From Ascoidea asiatica JCM 7603 (Eukaryota > Fungi > Ascomycota): a stretch of 64,000 bases of DNA. The stretch lies in contig BCKQ01000005.1 in the NCBI GenBank assembly GCA_001600695.1, positions 339,306-403,305 of the forward strand. The letters are read 5' to 3'. Numbering within the stretch: the first letter of the stretch is position 1; each line of letters starts with the position of its first letter. The position numbers and the translations under genes are program-made. Below are positions 47,600 through 55,469 of this stretch, in pieces. The notes beneath the pieces were generated by a model, which was not told the DNA's origin, ran no database searches, and saw only the letters and a list, made by a program, of their open reading frames with translations.

Positions 47600-48385
47600 T
47601 TTAAGATATGGTTGAAAAAATTATTCAATAATTGAAAATTAAAATTGGAAAGAAGAAATAAGAAATAAGAAAAGAAATAGGAAATGAAATCTTGATTTAT
47701 AAATTTTAAAATATAATATTTAAGTTATAACCTATAATTTACAATTTACAATTTACAATTTTTAATTTATAATTTAGCTTATAAATTAAGAGGTAATTTT
47801 TGTGAAATGTTTTAAAAAAGATATTTTAGATTGACTCTAGAAATAATATACCAAAAGAATAAATAATATTAGATTAGAGTGATTTGATTATTATATCGAT
47901 GTAGATAGATTTGAAAAACTTTAGTGATAAATAGAATAGAAAACAGTAAAAGTGTCTTTTAAAGAAGATCAGGCGCTGAAAGAAATATGAAGTTTTGAAA
48001 TAACTTGATATGAAGGATGAGATATTTTGAAGAATGAAGATGAATATCAGTGAGTAACGTAATACAAAAGTTGATATATCTGAGTTGGACAATGTACTAT
48101 TCAGAAAATAAGAATACTCAAATGAAGTATTTAAAGATATGTAATTTTAATACTGGAATACTTGAATATAAAGTCTGAATATATAAATAATTTTATATTG
48201 ATCAATTTACCATTGATATCTATTAGTAGCAGTAGTACCGTTGGATACTAGAGACAGTTGATGAATTGCTTACTTAACATACAGTACTGTAGCTGGTGTG
48301 CCGGTTCAGTATGTGCAGAACACTCTCTAACGGTGTGAAGCTCTGGTTCTGTTATAAAGCGCAATTTGGAATTGGTAACGTTGAA

Positions 48386-48440
48386 GAGTATGTGATAGAG
48401 TATGTGAAAGAGTATGTAATACAGTATGTAATAAAGTATT
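48386..48440 (+). repeat. 12-bp tandem repeat (AGTATGTRAWA core), about 4.5 copies
   Basis: gagtatgtgata gagtatgtgaaa gagtatgtaata cagtatgtaata aagtat. Confidence 0.75.
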
Positions 48441-48968
48441 CTATTTTGTTACTCGTCACTCTTTACTTCTTACTCGTTAATTAACTCTGTTGCAAAACAG
48501 CTATATTTTCTTTTTCTTTTATTGCTTTTTCTTAAAAATAAGAGAAGCATTGATTAAGCATTTGAACTTCTTCGTATTAATTTTGCAGTTGAGGCTAAGG
48601 TTTTTCAAATTTTACACAATTCGGTTCGTTACCCAGCTTTAAAGCTAAATCTAGCTACTAAGTTGTAAAGCGAGATGCAAAACTAAATCTAGCTTCGATG
48701 AAAAAAAATTTTGAGCGCTACACTTTTTATTAGTGTTAATTATTTTGTAATCTATTCCTATTTCTAAATTCAAGGCCAGGAATTTGGCTACTGATAGCCA
48801 GCTGTCCTATAATATATTTTCTAATGGATACTACAGATACACTTCATTAATTCAAATTTATTTTGTTTTCCACAAAGTTACAATAATCTTTTTTCACTCT
48901 TTTGATATTGTTTCACTTTTGTTTTCACTACCTTTTTCCATACTACAATATCCAACAAATTCCATTAA

Positions 48969-49380
48969 AGGAACAGAACTTGACCTTCCTTGGCTCAACA
49001 CTAGACCTTTTTTGGATACGAGTAACATTTATTCCTTTGTGAGTTTGATAGTGTTACGTACCACAGTAGTTACCACTATAAGTTACAGTTACCGCTTGCA
49101 AACAACAATCTAAATTAGGACGGCTGTCCTGCCGCACCAGAATATGGACCCTGTTTCACGAGTCCAAAGCCTCGATTCCTATGTTAGATCCCCTACACAT
49201 CCACAGACTTGGCAGAAATTTGACATCTGCTCATATTTAACAAAGGCCTCATGACAGAGGACGTCAGGGTTACACAACAGGAAAGGTGTATGGATGAATT
49301 TTTCACTCGCCACAAATGACTCATTAGTAACAGCTGTTCCTGCATCAACCCAACAATTATCACAGAAAGTTTTTGGTTCT
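48969..49380. ncRNA. Candidate structured non-coding RNA (family and strand unresolved)
   Basis: GC-richer non-coding island closed by AGGAACAG/CTGTTCCT, with several internal inverted repeats. No convincing ORF and no signature of a known snRNA, RNase P/MRP or SRP RNA. Confidence 0.3.
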
Positions 49381-49430
49381 TATTTATGCGGTTCAAGCAT
49401 GTTACCACACCTAAATGAATTATTCATACT

Positions 49431-49706
49431 TAGTGTTTTAAATTTTCCTAATCTAACCTAAAAAAGTTAGAATTGAGAGCCCAATTTTCAAAAAGTTACA
49501 AAAAGTTAGGAAATAAATATTAAGTGTAGTCACGTGATTTTAGCCTATTATCTGTACTTGTAGAAAAGTTCTAAAATAAAGAACATTAAAACTAAGCTTT
49601 AAAATCAATTTATTATACAATCAGGTGATTTATAGTTAGGTAGTTAAGATAGGTATTTTGAGACTTTAAAAGTTAGGTTAGGACCTAACCTAACTTTTAA
49701 ACACTA
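49431..49706. mobile_element. Non-autonomous hAT-superfamily DNA transposon (MITE), 276 bp
   Basis: Exact 8-bp TSD TTCATACT (49423-49430 and 49707-49714). TIRs TAGTGTTTTAAA and TAGTGTTTAAAA (reverse complement) match 11/12. Repeated subterminal AAAAGTTA(G) motifs; no ORF. Confidence 0.85.
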
Positions 49707-49765
49707 TTCATACTGTCGGTGATTATTATATATTTAATTAAATACAAAAATAAATTCAAAAGAAT

Positions 49766-52700
49766 TTATTTAAATTTATCTAACTCTTCTAAAGTATTTT
49801 GAATATCTATCTGACATTTTTCTCTCATATAGAAAATAGAACAATCATTATTTGAACAAATCACTTCGTGTGTTAATGATCCTTGACATCTTTGACATTG
49901 TGTCCATAATCTTGAGAATTTTGTTTCTAATGAATTTAGTTCTGCTATTTGTTCTGCAAATATCTGATCTCCTTTATCTTCACAATTATTGCATAACGCT
50001 CCTTCACATGGGGTTTTACATATTTTACATGTATTAACCTTTTTAGCAAATTTCATTAACCCTCCTAATCCTCCATTTCCACCATTTTTATTACTACTAA
50101 TATTATTATTATTATTATCAACAGTACTCCCTCTACTTCCACCTCTACCCATTATTACCTTTCTAGTATGCGCTCCTGTTAAAAGTTGTTTAGCTTTATT
50201 TTCTCCTAAAATTGGTTCAAAAATCCTCATTAGTGGTTTAGCTAATTGTTGTTGTAAATAATATGTTGAATCAATCGCAAGTCCATTTTTTAAAACATAC
50301 AATGGATCTTCCGATTTCTCAAATGCTTTAGTTGATGAATTTCGAATTATAACATATGCAACTCTATCGCCAACTGATGGTGCTGATCCTGGATCTCTTT
50401 CTCTCATTCTTTTAGCCAATTCAGCATGGGCTTGTTTACCGGCATATTCTGCACCAAGACTTTTTGATATAACTAATTCGGATAAATCAATTTTATTTTG
50501 TAATAAATCTGCAATTACTTTTTTAACAAAATCTTCTGCCCCATTAACATCTCTTTTAACTAAAATTAATTCTAAAATTTTTGTCATAACATTGGCAACT
50601 AATTTACAATTATCTCTTCTAACCGTTTCAATACCTTTGGTATCAATTTTATCATATTTCTCACAATTTGTCCAATATAATCCTGCATATCTTTTCTTAT
50701 TGATTAATAAATAAGGATAATAAACTTTTTCAAATTCAAGTTTAACCGGAGCTTTGAATAATTTCTTTGTAACTAAATTTGCTGCTTCTTCTCCTAATTC
50801 CATACATTTTTTTAAATCTTCATATCCAAATTTAACCATAACTGAATCAGTATCCCCATAAACAACTTCGGCATCATATTTGAATCCATTTTTTTTACAA
50901 TAATGTTTTTCAACTTCATTTTTTGTTGCTTCAATCATCATTCTACCAAATGCTGTAATACTTGATGATATTGCTAAACATGGTAATTTTCCATTGGTTG
51001 CCCCCGTAACCCCATAAACAGAATTTGCTGAAATTTTAAGTGCTAATTGTCTACCATTTAAAACATCTTTTTTGAAAACATCTTTTTCTTCTTTTAAATC
51101 ACTTTTAGCTTTTTTACGTGCTCCTAATAATTCTTCTAAAATTGTTGGTAAAATTCCTTTTTTTAAATGGCTTTTAATAAAACATTCTCCTATTGGAGTT
51201 TTTGTATAATCTTTACCTTCAATAAGTTTTAATCTTTGTATAGTTTGCTGACTTAATAATGTTGTATAACATAGATTATGTGCAATAATAATTGAAGGAT
51301 AAAGTGATGCAAAATCTAACGTTGCGATTGGTATTTCATGAAATCCTCTAACAGGTTCAATAACAGTTGCACCTTCATATGGCTCATCACCACCACCACC
51401 TGATGTAAAATTTGGTATTACTATATCATGTTCTAATGATTTTCGAAATAATTGAGATAAAACTTTAATTTGTTGCCCTCTTGAAAGTAAAAATGAAAAT
51501 GGAACACCTGTAACTCTTGCCATTTCAGTATAATTGACAAGACACATCATTTTATGTAATAATCTCATTGGTAAAAACGCATCTTTTAAACAATATACTG
51601 CTAATCTTCTTCTTGTTTCTGGATCTCCATTTTGAAGATCAGTTATAATAGTATGATGAACATCTTCTTTTTGTTCCCCAAGATATAGAGCAGAAACATT
51701 ATTTAATTTATAGGATCTCATTTTAACTTCTCTTACAAAATATTGATAAAGATCAAACTGTATTCTTCCATCAATAATAGTTATTTTATTTTCTTTCGTA
51801 CCATAGGCTCTTGACGAAAACGTCGAACTCTTCGCTTCTTGTTTAATATTTTTCATTCTCCCAAAATATGGAAAGTCTGTTACTCCTAAAGCTTGAGCTC
51901 TATCTAAAAGATATGGAATATCAAAATTTTGAGTATTATAACCGATTATAATATCAGGATCAATTTGAACAACAAAATCTTTCCATGCTCTTAACATTTG
52001 AGGCTCTGTTGTATTAGAAATTACATCACATCCAACTATAGGAGAGCAAGTATTAAGAGTAAAAACAACATTTTTGAAAGGAGCAGGCTCACCAAATCTT
52101 TGAACAACATTTGCAATCTGAATAACCGAATCGTTTTTGGCATCAGGAAAATGACCTTTTCTACTCGAGCACTCAATATCAAAGGATAATATTCTTAATG
52201 TTGGAATTGTTGACCACTGTCCTTCAGATGGATGACTTATTAAATCTTTATAATGAATGCTGCATTCAATTTGACAGTTTGATAATTTAGATCGCTCGTT
52301 AGTAAGAACATTATACTTTGCTTTTGGCAATGTTAACCAACTGACTCCAGTTATTCGACAATCAATCATCATTCTCAACGTATAAGCAATATTATCATAT
52401 GTCATAATGGTACCGGATTTAAAAAACTCTTGAAATTGAATTTGACCTCTTTCAAAAGCAGATCTAACTTTTCCAATACTTTTTGCGTGCGAAACAACAA
52501 TTTTTAAAAAAGAAGATTTCTCATTATTATTATAACCCCAGATTGATTCTTTTGAAACAATTTCAATCTGACACACATTATCAAAGCCATTATTACGAAA
52601 ATATTCTAGGAAAGTTTTAATATGAGATTTAGTAAATGTCATTGAAACAGGAACATAAAAATAATGGAGAAAGCCAGTAACATTACACATAATACTATTT

Positions 52701-52915
52701 CCTTTATCAGTAACACCAAAGAAACGAACGCATGAAGACCCAGCAAAGTTACTCTCTTCAGCATCCAATTGTATAAAGTTAATATCATCTGAGCTTGGAT
52801 CTAAATCTAATGCTGGTCGACTAGTGTTTCTATTGATTGCCTGATTTAATTTTACATTTTGAGTTAATGAAAGCAATTCATCTTCGAATTTGGATTTCTG
52901 AGAACTTCTGAACAT
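49766..52915 (-). CDS. POL3: DNA polymerase delta catalytic subunit
   Basis: SFDIEC exonuclease motif, DFASLYPS, KISANSVYG, YGDTDS, C-terminal CysA and CysB. Confidence 0.98.
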   Translation of the reverse strand: MFRSSQKSKFEDELLSLTQNVKLNQAINRNTSRPALDLDPSSDDINFIQLDAEESNFAGSSCVRFFGVTDKGNSIMCNVTGFLHYFYVPVSMTFTKSHIKTFLEYFRNNGFDNVCQIEIVSKESIWGYNNNEKSSFLKIVVSHAKSIGKVRSAFERGQIQFQEFFKSGTIMTYDNIAYTLRMMIDCRITGVSWLTLPKAKYNVLTNERSKLSNCQIECSIHYKDLISHPSEGQWSTIPTLRILSFDIECSSRKGHFPDAKNDSVIQIANVVQRFGEPAPFKNVVFTLNTCSPIVGCDVISNTTEPQMLRAWKDFVVQIDPDIIIGYNTQNFDIPYLLDRAQALGVTDFPYFGRMKNIKQEAKSSTFSSRAYGTKENKITIIDGRIQFDLYQYFVREVKMRSYKLNNVSALYLGEQKEDVHHTIITDLQNGDPETRRRLAVYCLKDAFLPMRLLHKMMCLVNYTEMARVTGVPFSFLLSRGQQIKVLSQLFRKSLEHDIVIPNFTSGGGGDEPYEGATVIEPVRGFHEIPIATLDFASLYPSIIIAHNLCYTTLLSQQTIQRLKLIEGKDYTKTPIGECFIKSHLKKGILPTILEELLGARKKAKSDLKEEKDVFKKDVLNGRQLALKISANSVYGVTGATNGKLPCLAISSSITAFGRMMIEATKNEVEKHYCKKNGFKYDAEVVYGDTDSVMVKFGYEDLKKCMELGEEAANLVTKKLFKAPVKLEFEKVYYPYLLINKKRYAGLYWTNCEKYDKIDTKGIETVRRDNCKLVANVMTKILELILVKRDVNGAEDFVKKVIADLLQNKIDLSELVISKSLGAEYAGKQAHAELAKRMRERDPGSAPSVGDRVAYVIIRNSSTKAFEKSEDPLYVLKNGLAIDSTYYLQQQLAKPLMRIFEPILGENKAKQLLTGAHTRKVIMGRGGSRGSTVDNNNNNISSNKNGGNGGLGGLMKFAKKVNTCKICKTPCEGALCNNCEDKGDQIFAEQIAELNSLETKFSRLWTQCQRCQGSLTHEVICSNNDCSIFYMREKCQIDIQNTLEELDKFK

Positions 52916-53034
52916 TTCTATAGCTAAATTATGATTTTTATAGAAAATATATCGATTTTAAATATTTATTTCTGATTTGTTCAAATTTATTTTTAAATTT
53001 AAATTATTTCAGAAGGTAAATTATTTATTCTCAG

Positions 53035-53057
53035 ACGCGTTGATTATTAATTCGCGT
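53035..53057. promoter_or_regulatory. Paired MCB elements upstream of POL3
   Basis: ACGCGT at 53035-53040 and TCGCGT at 53052-53057, 120-140 bp upstream of the ATG in otherwise very AT-rich DNA. Confidence 0.8.
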
Positions 53058-53306
53058 AAGATTATTTGAAAAGAATAAATTATAGAACTGCAAGAGTACC
53101 AGTGGTTTGGACTCGTATCAACTCACTTTGAAAAACTGAAGCTCGCTGGGTGATACATTATAAACTTTCAAAATTTTTAACGTTTATTAAAAAATAAAAA
53201 ATTAACATTACTAAGTGAAAGTTGAAGATTTCATTCGTTTTATTTTATTGAAATTAAAATCAGTATTTGATCTAACAGAAAAACATTAGATATTACCCAA
53301 AGGAAA

Positions 53307-54422
53307 ATGGGATTTTCATTCAAATTTAGCGATGATGAACTTGAGGAAGATATACTTTTGGATTTACGCAATAATCAAAAAAAATCTGGTTTTTCCTCAG
53401 CGTATAAAAATGAAAACCCTTTAGACAATTTTCAAGTAGCAGAAAATCAAGAAGCCTTATTGGTATCTATCGAAGAGATTATTAAGACATTGAAGAATAT
53501 CCCCATTTCTTTCAGTAAGTATACCACTCAAGAAAAAAATGAAATTTTTAGAAGAGAGTTATTTGATATAAAACACCAATTGATGAGGGAGGATGCTCTC
53601 GGTTCTTTGAATTCAGTTGAGCTTCAGATATTGTTGGGTGGAACGAATGAAGATTTAAGAACTGATGTTTATGAAGGTGGTCTCAAAACTTGGGAATGTT
53701 CTTTTGACGTGGTTGATAAACTAAATAAGATAGATGAAAAAACTTTGAATAATTTTGATGAAATTTTAGAAATAGGCTCAGGAAGTGCGATGCCTTCATG
53801 TTTTTTGTTTAAATCATTCATAGAGCAAAAAAACATCAAACCTAAACTAGTCAAGAAAAAGATAAGCTTTATTTTATCTGATTTTAACTATTCTGTTTTA
53901 AGACTTGTTACAATTCCAAATTTGATCATAAATTGGGCTTCTACTTTAAAAGAGAGCCAATTGCGAGTGCTACAGGATAATAATGAAGGAAGGGAGGCGC
54001 TTCCAAATGAATTATTTTTAAGCGATTTACTATTAGATAAGTTTTTATCTGATCTATCTTCAAAAAATATTTCACTTTCTTTCATCAGTGGCTCTTGGGG
54101 TAAAAAGTTTATAACATTAGCTCAAAGTAAACCTTTAATGAAATCCAAATGTAGATTAATGATAACATCCGAAACAATATATTCTCCTAAAATGCTTCCT
54201 ATTATTGCAGAAATAATTCTCATCCTTCAACTAGAGAATGAAAAAAATATTTCTCTTGTAGCTGCTAAGGACATTTACTTTGGTGTTGGAGGCAGTGTTT
54301 CAGAGCTTATAAATTACTTAAATTTGAAGATTAATCAAAAATGGGGATTTTCTTACAAAATTGATAAAATAGAATATGGTGGTTTGAAAAGATCAATTGT
54401 CAAAATATTTTCTGAGAAATAA
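53307..54422 (+). CDS. HPM1: Histidine protein methyltransferase Hpm1 (METTL18)
   Basis: RRELFDIKHQLM, VYEGGLKTWECS, LEIGSGSAMP, SETIYSP, AAKDIYFGVGG. Confidence 0.92.
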   Translation: MGFSFKFSDDELEEDILLDLRNNQKKSGFSSAYKNENPLDNFQVAENQEALLVSIEEIIKTLKNIPISFSKYTTQEKNEIFRRELFDIKHQLMREDALGSLNSVELQILLGGTNEDLRTDVYEGGLKTWECSFDVVDKLNKIDEKTLNNFDEILEIGSGSAMPSCFLFKSFIEQKNIKPKLVKKKISFILSDFNYSVLRLVTIPNLIINWASTLKESQLRVLQDNNEGREALPNELFLSDLLLDKFLSDLSSKNISLSFISGSWGKKFITLAQSKPLMKSKCRLMITSETIYSPKMLPIIAEIILILQLENEKNISLVAAKDIYFGVGGSVSELINYLNLKINQKWGFSYKIDKIEYGGLKRSIVKIFSEK

Positions 54423-54610
54423 TTTTTTGAAATATCCTCTTATATATAGATACGCATATATTTTCAAATTCAGACATATCGATTAAAACTTAATGGAGTT
54501 AAATTTACAAGCAGTTTAAATTGTAATTAGAGTATAGCCACTTTTATTTAAATGAATTTCGGGCGTAAAAGTCACAGCATTATTTGAGTTTAATATAAAA
54601 TCATGTACGT

Positions 54611-54983
54611 TTATTTACTTGGATCATTCTTTTGATAAGCTAAATAACCAGTTACATTATGTGTAGGCAACATTTGCAAATATCTATCAGCGATATCCTT
54701 ACAATCTTCATAATGATTAACTCCGTTAATTCTGTAGCACTTTTCCAAAGCTCTTCTGCATGTTTTTAAAGCAGCAACCCTTATCCATTGTTCTCTTAAC
54801 ATAGAATCTTGAGCGTTTCTTAATTGTTCAGGATTTTTATAATCAATATCATCGAAAGATACAGATTTTGGACGTATATGCTCAGCTAGAAGACTATTAG
54901 TTGCTAGATCTCAATGTAAACTAGGGAAGTTAGAATTAACCACCGAAAATATATCTGAAAAACGAAATTTACTTACTTGCCAT
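54611..54983 (-). CDS. Complex I accessory subunit NDUFB10 (12 kDa, NIDM-like); exons 54983-54977 and 54885-54611, 93 aa
   Basis: Spliced product MATEHIRPKSVSFDDIDY..REQWIRV..ALEKCY..GVNHYEDC. The intron restores the frame. Confidence 0.85.
54886..54976 (-). other. Spliceosomal intron (91 nt) in the NDUFB10-like gene
   Basis: GTAAGT 5' site, AACTAAT branch-like site (54902-54896), TAG 3' site. Confidence 0.8.
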
Positions 54984-55469
54984 CTTTCTTAGAGTATTTG
55001 GTAGATATTGAATTTCTTATTTCTTTTCAATTTCGGTAAATATAATCAGAAATTGATATGAATAGTGTTCGATAAGAAATATCCAAAGGTTCATGTTTTT
55101 ATTAGCTTGAAATTGTGATGGAATAATTAATAAATGCAATTATTTTACTGGACAATTGCAAACAACGGCTGCCGGACTCTGGTTGAGATGCGGATTCATA
55201 TTCCAAACCAGGATTTAATGGTAACGGAAGTATCCGTATATTTTCATGAAGGTTTCATTAAACATAACCAGCTACTGAAATATTACAAAAAGAAAAAAAA
55301 CAAAACCTCAGGAAAGAAAGTAAACATAAATTCATATCGTATAAAAAAAAAAATTAAAAATGAATACTATATAATGATGATTTTATGCCTTGAAAAACAT
55401 GAATAAGGTATCAAATATTTTAAAAGCAATTGAAATACAAGTTTAAAAGCTCTTAAAGTAAAACTTCAT

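Noticed and set aside
49045-49285. Self-cleaving ribozyme (hammerhead, HDV-like, hairpin, twister)
   Set aside because: Only partial motif resemblances; catalytic cores could not be assembled.
48969-49341. RNase P/MRP, SRP, U3 or U2 RNA
   Set aside because: GGAACAG/CTGTTCC ends resemble the RPR1 P1 helix and short words resemble SCR1 and U3, but the CR-I/CR-V, Alu/helix-8, box A/C/D and branch-recognition signatures are missing.
48784-49408. ORFs of 109 aa (+) and 71 aa (-)
   Set aside because: Non-ATG starts, codon usage unlike the host genes, and no recognisable motifs.
49529-49725. Point centromere (CDEI GTCACGTG followed by AT-rich DNA)
   Set aside because: No CDEIII consensus, the segment lies inside TIR/TSD boundaries, and the organism is not a Saccharomycetaceae member.
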